A DNA stretch of 63,634 nt, counting the filler, from Welwitschia mirabilis (Eukaryota): the NCBI GenBank assembly GCA_051453625.1. It is 5 parts of one record of this genome, joined end to end, with 100 filler letters (N's around TTAATTAATTAA, not from the genome) between each part and the next. Parts side by side here need not be neighbours in the genome. Positions count along the whole stretch, not along the records: positions 1 to 21,928 come from JBOZIK010000001.1; positions 22,029 to 29,013 come from JBOZIK010000001.1; 3 more parts are not named here. One strand, written 5' to 3'. Position 1 is the first letter of the stretch, and each line of letters opens with the position of its first letter. The notes beneath the pieces are model-generated. The model was not told where the DNA came from. It worked only from the letters and a program-made list of their open reading frames with translations, and ran no database searches. This document shows, one piece after another, positions 13,284-24,086 of this stretch. A program made the position numbers and the translations under genes.

Positions 13284-16200
13284 AGCAAAGCTATAGATGC
13301 TCATCTCTAAGTTTGAAGATATTTGCATGGAAGAATAAGAGACTCTGTAAGAGTTCTTCAAGAGACTAACAAACATAGTAAAATATATGATAAATCTAGG
13401 CAAGAAAATGGATAAAGAAAAAATTTCTAAGATCTCTTCCAAAATGCTTTGAGCCAAAGGTTACAGCCATTGAGAAAAGCAAAAATATTAGTTGAATGGC
13501 GCTAGAAGAATTACAAGGTAATCTTTAAACTTATGAGTTAAAGTTTTCTAAAGATAAAAAGAAAAGTCTTACATTAAAAAGTATGTAGGAAGAGTCCAAA
13601 TTTGAAAAATCAGATGAAGACCTAAATGTAGATGAGGTTGCTCTTTTGACAAGAAGATTTAAAAAATACTTACATAGAAGAAAGAGAGATGGTGAACCAA
13701 GTAAGGAACCAAAGCTAACTCATTCCAAACTAAGAAAAGATTTAGAAAAAGGAAAGGATATCTAGTGCTATGCATGTAAGGGATATGGACATGTTGTAAA
13801 CAAATGTCCAAATAACAAAATAAATTATAAGAAATCCAAGACATCATCCTTCATCATCACCTAGAACAATATAGATGAAAAATAAGATAGTACCTCAAGT
13901 CAAGAGTTAGATGGAAACAGAAGACTTTCCTTTATGGTAATAGTTCCTTCCCTAAAGAATATGCATTACTCAACTAAGCTAGATAACCTAGATCTTATTG
14001 AAGAAGGTCAAAAGGAGATGGAAGATACTTGCTAAGAACTCTATTCATAATGTGAAAAATTGGTAAAACAAATCAATGTGTTAAACAAGATAGTAAAGGC
14101 TCTAAACAAAAAAATAAAGAGTCGAAGACAAACTATAGAATGGTTCAAATAAAAAACACTGAGTTAACTCAAGAGTAAAAGGCTTATCTAATTTGTAAAT
14201 AAATTTTTAAATATTTTAAGCAAACTGGAAGAAATGGATGGAATACAAAGACTAGTTCATGACAAGAAAGGTATTGGCTTCATCTCTCAAAAATCATGAA
14301 TATATTTGAATAAAGTAACNNNNNNNNNNNNNNNNNNNNNNNNNNNNNNNNNNNNNNNNNNNNNNNNNNNNNNNNNNNNNNNNNNNNNNNNNNNNNNNNN
14401 NNNNNNNNNNNNNNNNNNNCAAAAATCATGCTATTAGTTGAATAAGGTAACATGGAAAAATAAATTTATGTTAAAGATTACTTGTCATTTTTATGGAAAG
14501 ATAGGTCATTCAAAATTATTTTGTAATGTTACAAAGATAATGCTCTTTTCAAGATCTGTTAGTTCTTTTCTATTTAAATTTGTCCCAAGGGATGTATACC
14601 ATAATAGTTGATTTAAATAGCTTTTAAAGTATCAAATGAAACTTACAAGTACATGTACATGACAGCTAATAAATCAAGATTCCAACATTTGAATGACTTT
14701 GATGGGGGAGAAGTAATATTTTGTGATAATGGAAAAGCAAAAATTGAAGGCATTGAAAGAATTGGTGAAGGTAACATGTCTAAAATTAATAAAGTTTTAT
14801 ATGTAAGTGTTCTTATACACAATTCATTGAGTATTAGTCAGAGTTATAATAGAGGTCATAAAGTTATTTTTGATAGTCAAAAGTATGGAGTTAGACATGA
14901 TAAAACAAATGACTTTCTTCTTAGAACAAATAGAATAAACAACATTTATAGCATTGATCAATATTTATCTACTTATTATTTTTATCATATAAATCAAGAA
15001 GAATTATAACACCAATTGTTAGGACATGTAAACTATGATCATCCCAAAATCATCATTAAAAATAATATTGTGAAAAGAATTCCTAAGATTAACATTGGAA
15101 AACATGACTTAGGTGATGCTTGTTAAAAAGGAAAACAAGTCAGGATTTCTTATAAAAGTNNNNNNNNNNNNNNNNNNNNNNNNNNNNNNNNNNNNNNNNN
15201 NNNNNNNNNNNNNNNNNNNNNNNNNNNNNNNNNNNNNNNNNNNNNNNNNNNNNNNNNNNTTAAACATAATTTGCTAAGTATTAGTCAAATTTATGATAAA
15301 GGTCATAAAGTTATTTTTGATAGTCAAAAGTGTGAACTTAGATATGGAAAAATAAATGATGTTTTTATTAAAGAAAATAGAATAGATAATGTTTATAGCA
15401 TTGATCAACCTCTATCTGCTTGTTATTTTGTCATATAAATCAAGATGATTTATGGCACCAATGATTAGAACATGTGAACTATGAACATTTCAAGACCATC
15501 TTTAAAATGGACATCATGAAAGAAATCACTAAGATTAACATTAAAGAACATATGTTGTGTGATGCTTCTCAAAAAGAAAAATAACTTAGTCTCCTCAACA
15601 ATGCCACTTGAACTCATTCACATGGACTTAACAGGTCCTATCTAAACTAAACGTCTAAGAGAAAAATGATATTTCTTAATTATGTTAGATGAATTCTCTA
15701 GATTTACTTGGATTTCCTTCTTAGGAAATAAAGATAAAACCTTCAAAAGTTGTGTTAAAATCTATTAAAAAATATAAAATGAGAAAGGATACACTATTAA
15801 AAGAATTAGAAGTACTCATGGAGGAGACTTCAAAAATCATATTTTTGGAAACTATTGTATAGAAAATGGTATAAAATATTAGTTTTTAGCCCTGGAAAGA
15901 AAAAATTAACTCATTCAAGAGATGATAAGAATAATGCTAAATGATAAGGAAGTTATTAAAATATTTTAGGCTAAAGTAGTAAGTACTGCATGTTGTATTA
16001 TCAATAGAGTCTATCTAAGATTAGTTATGGATAAAACTCCATATGATCTTTGGAAAGAAAGAAAGCAAAATGTTTTATATTTTAAGCTCTTTGAAAGTAA
16101 ATGCTTTATCTTAAAAGATAGAGAACATTTAAGTAAATTTGAGTCTAAATTTGATGAAGTAATCTTTTTAGGATACTCAACTAGATGTAGAGCCTACTAA

Positions 16201-17975
16201 GTTTTTAACAAAAAAGTCTAACAATGGAAGAATCCATAAACATTCAAATAGATGATTCTAATATCAGAATTTTTCCTTCAAGCAATGAAGAAAATCTAAC
16301 TTCAAGTATCTTTATAGTAAAAGAAGTAACAACTAAAAAGGAATAATATCCATCTCAAGAGGTTATTACTAAAAAGTTTCAAGAGCTAAAAGATCACTAA
16401 TTTGAGTCTATTATTGGAGATATAAGCTCAAAAATTTGGACTAGAAACTCTCTCAAAAAGTTTTGTATCCACATTTATTATGTTTCTTAAATTAAACCCA
16501 AAAAGTTTGAAGAGGTCAAATCTCTTGAAGAATGGATGATGACTATGCAAGAGGAACTTCAACAATTTAAATGAAATGATGTTTGAAAACCTGTAAAAAG
16601 ACTAAAATATTAAAATGTAATTAAAACAAAATGAATCCTTAAGAACAAGTGTGATGAACACAGTAATGTGATTAAGAATAAGGCAAGATAGTGGAAATAA
16701 TACAACTAGATTGAAGGAATAGATGTATAATCTAGTGGTCAGACTGGACACTATTAGAATGTTTCTCTCCTATGTAGCTCTTAAGAAAATTAAAGTTTTT
16801 CAGATGGATGTGAAAAGTTCCTTTTTAAATGTAACTCTAAATGAAGAAGTTTATGTGGAACAACCACAAGGTTTCATAGATCCACATAAATAAGACAATG
16901 TCTATAGACTTAAAAATCTTTTTATGATAAACAGGCTTCAAGGACTTGGTATGAAAAGCTAGTAACATTTCACAAAGAAAATGGTTACACCCATGGAGCT
17001 ATGGATAAAACTCTATTCATCAAAAATCTTAAAAAGGGCTTTATCATCATTCAAATCTATGTTGACAACATAATTTTTGGAGCCTTAAAAGAAGATCTCT
17101 TTAAAGAATTTGCTCACATTATGACACACAATTTGAAATGAGTATGCTTAATGAAGTTTACATGTTTCTTGATCTTCAACTTAAATAAACAAAACATAGG
17201 ATTTTCATCTCTCAATCCAAATGCTCAAGGAACTTGATCAAGTGATTTAGACTATGACAACTTTATGTAAGATCAGTATTAATGATCTTAGAAAATCTAT
17301 GGACCAAAACATTTATAGAATCATGAGAGGAATTCTATTTACTTAACCACAAGTAGATGTAACATAATGTTTGGGATTGATACATGTGCAAGATATTAGA
17401 CTCAGCCAAAGGAATCGCATCGTCAAGCTATCAAAAGGATTATAAGATATATAAAAGGCATCAGTGATTGTGGGCTATGGTATCCTACACAAACGTCTTT
17501 TTAACTTATAGGTTTTAATGGTGCAAACTGGGTTGATTATAAATATGATTAAAAAAGTACCAATGGAAATTATTTTCTTCTAGGATCATGCTTGGTAGGA
17601 TGGATAATTAAGAAGCAAAATTCTATCTCCCTTTTAGCAGCAGAAGTAGAATATATAGCAATAGGGAGTTATTGTACCTATCTTTTATGGATCAAGGAAA
17701 TGCTCAAAGACTTTAGAGTTAATTTTGAATAGGTTTTAATCTTTTGTAATAATGCTAGTGTAATAAATATCTCAAAAAAACTTGTTCAAGATTCTTAAAC
17801 TAAACATATTAAACTAAAACACCATTTTCTTAGAGATCAAGTAGAAAAAGGAAACATTTCTATGAACTTTGTAAGCACTGATGAATAAATAGCTGATATT
17901 TTCATAAAACCCTTGAAATTTAACAACTTTTTGAGACTTTGTTATGAATTGGGAGTTGTCTCTCCATTTTGCAAT
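13284..17975 (+). pseudogene. copia gag-pol pseudogene (gag, PR region, IN, RT, RNase H)
   Basis: Zinc knuckle CYACKGYGHVVNKCP (~13766) and a second decayed knuckle (~14482). Integrase LELIHMDLTGP (~15608). RT FQMDVKSSFLN (~16798) and QIYVDNIIFG (~17052). RNase H TKHIKLKHHFLRDQV and QIADIFxKPL-like motifs (17800-17915). Many stops. Confidence 0.93.
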
Positions 17976-18399
17976 TNNNNNNNNNNNNNNNNNNNNNNNN
18001 NNNNNNNNNNNNNNNNNNNNNNNNNNNNNNNNNNNNNNNNNNNNNNNNNNNNNNNNNNNNNNNNNNNNNNNNNNNNNNNNNNNNNNNNNNNNNNNNNNNN
18101 NNNNNNNNNNNNNNNNNNNNNNNNNNNNNNNNNNNNNNNNNNNNNNNNNNNNNNNNNNNNNNNNNNNNNNNNNNNNNNNNNNNNNNNNNNNNNNNNNNNN
18201 NNNNNNNNNNNNNNNNNNNNNNNNNNNNNNNNNNNNNNNNNNNNNNNNNNNNNNNNNNNNNNNNNNNNNNNNNNNNNNNNNNNNNNNNNNNNNNNNNNTT
18301 TTTACTTATCTCTCTCATATCTATCTATCTTCTTACATTTTATTTATCTTCAGGAACTGCCACATTCTGTCAATATGATAAAGGATCCATTCAAAAGAT

Positions 18400-19895
18400 C
18401 TTGTTAAAAACATATAGTAAGTAAAGATCCAAGATATTTTTACTTTAAAATATCAGAAGAAGCCCTGAACAAGTTCAGTGAAACATTTGAGAAGAAGCTT
18501 GTTTGTTAAAAGAGGCCAGTAGTATCAAATGAACTCGAAGAGTTGAGGGATGTAATAAGACTTCTAAATGATCTAGATCTTTTTTATTTTCTTGAGATTT
18601 CTATCTCATCCTATACTTTTCTTACCTGTATGTTCTACTGTAATACTTCTTTTGATGTGGTTTCCTCTATCCTTACAACTCTTATTTTGAGAAGAAGAAT
18701 TTGAGTTACTACAGATCTGATAGCCTCTCTTATAAATCTCCCTAAAGGAAATTATGAGGAGTTTTGGCCCTTATATAACTCCATAAAGAATAAGGTTAAG
18801 ATCACCAAGAAACTTTGTGGCAAACTCCTTTAGTTAAAAACCACCCTTTCCACCTCTCATCTTACCCCAAAATCTCATATTCTTCATTTACTCTTTACTT
18901 ACAATTCTTTACCTCTTGTGTGTCATCATGATAAGAGATCAAACTATCATNNNNNNNNNNNNNNNNNNNNNNNNNNNNNNNNNNNNNNNNNNNNNNNNNN
19001 NNNNNNNNNNNNNNNNNNNNNNNNNNNNNNNNNNNNNNNNNNNNNNNNNNNNNNNNNNNNNNNNNNNNNNNNNNNNNNNNNNNNNNNNNNNNNNNNNNNN
19101 NNNNNNNNNNNNNNNNNNNNNNNNNNNNNNNNNNNNNNNNNNNNNNNNNNNNNNNNNNNNNNNNNNNNNNNNNNNNNNNNNNNNNNNNNNNNNNNNNNNN
19201 NNNNNNNNNNNNNNNNNNNNNNNNNNNNNNNNNNNNNNNNNNNNNNNNNNNNNNNNNNNNNNNNNNNNNNNNNNNNNNNNNNNNNNNNNNNNNNNNNNNN
19301 NNNNNNNNNNNNNNTTACCCCAAAATATCATATTCTTCATTTACTCTTTACTTACAATTCTTTACCTCTTGTGGGTCATCATGATAAGATCTCAAACTAT
19401 CATTTCTATCTATTATACTTGATGGAAAGTTATCACTCCATTGATGCTTTTATCATTATTCTCAAGAATATGGTCTCTCAATTGAATATCATAAAATTAG
19501 GGATCTTGTTACTCCATCTTGATCACTAATATCTATCATCATTTTAGTGTCCAAATGCACCTAAAACTTGAAACATTAACTCCTATGTCTTGCATTGGAT
19601 GTGCTACTCTATCTTGCATGCACATTTTCTTTAGATCTAAGAATTCTTTAAAGTCTCCTTCTCTGAAGTAGGCCTTCTCTAAAGAGACTTTATTGTACCT
19701 TGAGAGGCTAGATTCTCACACTTGGCACATGAAAGAAGCACTCATTATCACAGTGTATGAGATCGTAGGCACTTCTGATGAAGCTGATAGCTTTACTCAA
19801 ACTGCGGTAAAAGAAGAAGATGATGATGATGATAACCCAAATTCTAAAGAAGAATCTGAGGAGGAGGAGGAGGAGGAGGAAGAAGAATTAGACTA
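18400..19895 (+). pseudogene. env-like extra ORF of Sirevirus (plant-transposon-protein-like domain, acidic C-tail), disrupted
   Basis: Between RNase H and PPT: SYTFLTCMFYCN, TTDLIASLINLP, LTPKSHILHLLFTYNSLPLVGHHD, ending in EEDDDDDNPNSKEESEEEEEEEEELD*. Confidence 0.7.
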
Positions 19896-20726
19896 GTTAT
19901 ATTGCTTTCTCTATTGTTATAGTCTTTTCTTGTTACTTCCCTTTTTTTTCCTTTATCATTGCTATCAAAAGGAGGAGAAATACTTACTATAAATTATTTA
20001 TAGTCAGTTGTAATTGTCAAGTGTTGTAATTGTCAGTTTCTATTGTTAGTTTTTTTCACAGTAGTATCTTTCAGATGTACTACTTAAGACTAGTTAATAG
20101 AAAATGCATTTTGTATCATTTGTCTTATCTATTAATGAATATTATATTTTCCATGAACTATGCTTTTGATTTTTTTATGGCTCTCTTTAGAAAACCATTA
20201 TGAATGCTTGATTTGGATAAATATGTTCAATAATTTTTTGCAAATCTAAATGGGCCTTTTCTGAAGGGAAGTTTTCNNNNNNNNNNNNNNNNNNNNNNNN
20301 NNNNNNNNNNNNNNNNNNNNNNNNNNNNNNNNNNNNNNNNNNNNNNNNNNNNNNNNNNNNNNNNNNNNNNNNNNNNNNNNNNNNNNNNNNNNNNNNNNNN
20401 NNNNNNNNNNNNNNNNNNNNNNNNNNNNNNNNNNNNNNNNNNNNNNNNNNNNNNNNNNNNNNNNNNNNNNNNNNNNNNNNNNNNNNNNNNNNNNNNNNNN
20501 NNNNNNNNNNNNNNNNNNNNNNNNNNNNNNNNNNNNNNNNNNNNNNNATATTATATTTTCCATGAACTATGCTTTCGATTTTTTTATGGCTCTCTTTGGA
20601 AAACCATTATGAATGCTTGATTTGGATAAATATGGTCAATAATTTTTTGCAAATCTAAATGGGCATTTTCTGAGGGGAAGTTTTCACATTAATATTTTAC
20701 AATAAGTATATTTTGCTATTAATGTC

Positions 20727-20738
20727 AAAGGGGGAGAT
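20727..20738 (+). promoter_or_regulatory. terminal polypurine tract
   Basis: aaagggggagat directly before the LTR. Upstream PPT-like caaaaggaggagaaa at ~19966-19980. Confidence 0.85.
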
Positions 20739-21928
20739 TATTAAGTTATTATTTTACCATGTTGATGTCAAACTAAAATTTTCTGGTATAGCAAAATATA
20801 TTATATTTCATGTAGAAAATATTAATCCTTTCAAGTTAGAAGTAATAAGCATTTCTCATTAGCTATGTTTGAACCTGATAAGTTACAGACCCTCAAAGGG
20901 ATCGACTGGATTCCTAAGGATTCGACCAAACCTGTATCAAAAAACGTCAAAAGTAGTTTATTAAGGAATCAATTAGATTCCTAAGGAATTGACTAGACCT
21001 TTATAAAAATTTATCAAATCTTTTTATCAAGGGGTCAATTAGATGTTTGAAGGATTAACAAGACCTAAGCTAAAAATGTTTCAACTACTTTTCATATGGG
21101 GTCAACCATACTAAAATGCAGTCGACCGGACCTGGACATATATGGTCAACTAGATCTTTGATAAGGTCAACTAGACTTGGAAACATGAAGAACTCAGGTT
21201 GACTAGAAGAAGATGGAGTCGAATCACTTTAGGGATGATACTCAATGAGGTCGATTAAATGTTTCAAGGCATTAACCAATCATGGCAGAAACGATATTTC
21301 ACAGTTTATCTTTTAGCCATTAACTTCCTATTTTTGTATGTTGGAATGTCAGATCTACTTGTAACACCCTGAAATCTATCTTCTATATAAACCTCAGCTG
21401 TCAAAATCATGGGGCATCCTTTCAAGCTGATAAAAAATTGAAAAAGCATCTTTTCATTATTAGTTCTTTAGTCAATCGGTTTGTACTATATATACTTGGA
21501 TTTGTAACATCATTTTCAGACAGTGTTGTACTATCTTTGTTATACTTCAGATCTGGTGAAGTTTATGCATTGTGGCATACTATTGATATCAAAAAGCATT
21601 TTCTCCAAAGGTTGTGACTAAGCTTTTAAAAGTTCGATTGTAAATGGTTACAGGTGAACCTAACATATCTAGAAAGTAAGTAACAAGAATCCAGATCAGC
21701 CTTAGGTAGAAGCTGATTTCCTAGAGTGGAGTAGGGGATTTCTTGAACCACTATAAATTGTGTGTCTGACAATCTCCATCGGTATATTTCAGTTTCAGTT
21801 ATTTTTCTTTTAGATCATTTTGTTAGTTCATATGCTCAAATATTCTTTCAGTATTCAATACTTTGTGAAGATAGTTTTTATTTAATTTATTTGTAAATCC
21901 TATTCACCCTCCCCCCACACTTCCTCCT
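20739..21928 (+). repeat. 3' LTR of Sirevirus-type element (cut at scaffold end)
   Basis: Follows the PPT and is homologous to the 11663 LTR. GTCGAC-core repeats; U5 motif ctattcaccctcccc at 21900-21916. Confidence 0.88.
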
Positions 21929-22028
21929 NNNNNNNNNNNNNNNNNNNNNNNNNNNNNNNNNNNNNNNNNNNNTTAATTAATTAANNNNNNNNNNNNNNNN
22001 NNNNNNNNNNNNNNNNNNNNNNNNNNNN
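21929..22028. other. artificial scaffold spacer
   Basis: 44 N + TTAATTAATTAA (stops in all six frames) + 44 N. Confidence 0.97.
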
Positions 22029-22439
22029 ATCCTACATTTTATTCGGTCATTCAGATGATGAAAGAGACGATGAAGACTGACAATTAAATATTTGTTAAGC
22101 TCCCAGTCTAACTTCTCATCAACTGCATGTGAACTTGTTATCACCCTGTTTGAGATGTCGTCTGCTACTAACATCTGGACGATTAGGTGGACAGTCATAT
22201 TTTCTCAATCTTAAGTAAGCATGATTACTTGTTATTTGCAGGAATCATTATTCAAAAATACAATTTATCCATATCTACATGAAATGCTTGTAATTTATCT
22301 AAAAACTGCATGTTTTTATTCTCTTCATCTCGATTCGATTATCATAGGAATTAAGCATTTATCTGTTAATTCATCTCTAAAACAACTTAAAATACACTAT
22401 CAAATACACATAAGTTGACAACGCGATAGGCTATCATCC

Positions 22440-22744
22440 ATCTTTTTATGGGGACAAAAGACAAGAGAACATCTATAAAAAACTAAAAGAGAGATTCATA
22501 GCTAAAAAATAATTTGAAAAAACTTGTGTTATTGATCCTAATATCATGTGAATGATATAGAGGATAATAGACCGCTATTAAAAAAACTAAGAAAAATAGA
22601 AAACTACAAATAGAAAACCTATAGTTCTTATATAAAATACAATACTACTACATATAAATATTAAATCTAAAACTGATTTACTTACCTAAGCAATGATAAT
22701 TCTCATGCTCTTCAATAGCCTTTCCTGGTAATGATGCCAAGATG
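22440..22744 (-). mobile_element. Athila-like gypsy PBS and 5' UTR remnant
   Basis: Reverse complement of 22722-22742 is tcttggcatcattaccaggaa, a transition-decayed TTTTGGCGCCGTTGCCGGGGA PBS, followed by a T-rich UTR-like tract. Confidence 0.45.
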
Positions 22745-24080
22745 TTTTTTTTTTTAAAATGAAATTATAGGTAATTTCATTAATCTGAACCATTTAAATA
22801 CAACTCATAAAAAACATGAAGGGAGACTCAGCATAAAAAGTAGGAATTTTCTATTTGAGAGCTTATCATATCAAGCTCTTATCTACTAGGCAAATATACA
22901 ATCAAAAAAAAATAAAAAAATAGATACACTAGTCCAACATAAATCAACTGAAAGCTCAGTATGGGAAAAAATCAATGGCATACTCCTCCATTCATGCACT
23001 GCATTAAGATATGAGGGGTGCCAATAAGAAGGTCATCTATACCTTGAGAAAGCTAAGTCATAGGATGGAAGTATCATATAGTCCCCTCATCCGATGACCC
23101 ATTCAATCACAATAAATAATCTTCTATTAAGCTATCAAAAGAATAAGAAAGGGAAAACAAAGATATGAAATGTCTACCCTCGAATTAGACAAAAATTTGA
23201 ATAAAAACATGGGAAACATATAGGAGCTCCTACCCAGAGACTTCATAAAAAAAATTAAACACTGCTAGCATAGGAATTTTGACCTCCATATCTGCATGAC
23301 TATGTGGAGTAAGATAACCAGAAACTGTATGAGTCATAGGGAGACACACTAAAAGACTGATCATCTACATGCCTATATATGGGATCTGAGGAGCTAGGGA
23401 GAAGTCATACTCTATTTATCCTGATTTCAAACATTCATCTTTTATCACTTTTGTACACAGGAGTTTCTTCGTGCTAATATTCTGCCTAATCATGAGAAAG
23501 CTAGACTGACCTTCCATTAGACACTTTCTAATTGGGTAGTAATGTAATAGCCTCTGATAGACCACCTAAACAATCTGATTTAAACTTGGATAAAAGGGAA
23601 CTCAGTGGCTCAAGATAGCAGTACTAAATGCCTGATACTATCTTTTCTATAAGGTTCATACTGAGGCTGTGAAACATGTAGGTAGTTCAAACCATCTTTA
23701 AAAAGTCTCCACTATACTACTTACTACATATCTTTATAGAGGGCTGAGATAGGCTATACATCACATTCTCTAGATCTACAGGCTGTGGTAAGAGAGTAGA
23801 TTGGACACCTTCTTCTAGAAGGAAGAACCTGCTTCCTAATCAGCACCATTATCTGGCAAGCACACAAGATACTATGCATCTTTTAATATGGTTATTTGAT
23901 TTACTTTAAGCTTATCAAGATATGCAAAAAGGAGACATCATGAGGTCTGATGAGTTTCTTCATTCTATTGGAGAGCCCAGTCCCCTATCTTGAAGTACAG
24001 GAACATGGGATCCGCTAGCAAACAAGGGAGTTCCAAACACTGAGATCTTAAAAGTACCTTAGAAATGTACCTAGGTGGGT
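22745..24080 (-). mobile_element. older L1 3' fragment (tentative)
   Basis: T11 at 22745-22755 (poly-A on minus strand). Weak ORF2 C-terminal relics SVWNSL..FKIGD (~24040-23975), W-KIP (~23290) and LP..IR..IPTF (~22895-22835). Confidence 0.4.
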
Positions 24081-24086
24081 TACACA

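Larger units (their letters stand above)
11663..21928 (+). mobile_element. Sirevirus (SIRE/Maximus) Ty1/copia element, near full-length, degenerate, possibly chimeric
   Basis: Homologous LTRs start at 11663 and 20739. gag-pol has copia domain order, followed by an extra 3' ORF. Terminal PPT aaagggggagat plus an upstream PPT-like copy. U5 motif tattcaccctcccc at the scaffold end. Confidence 0.85.

Noticed and set aside
21973-21984. TTAATTAATTAA islands between N runs (also 29058, 42522, 49597)
   Set aside because: Identical 44N-12bp-44N format with six-frame stops: an artificial concatenation linker.
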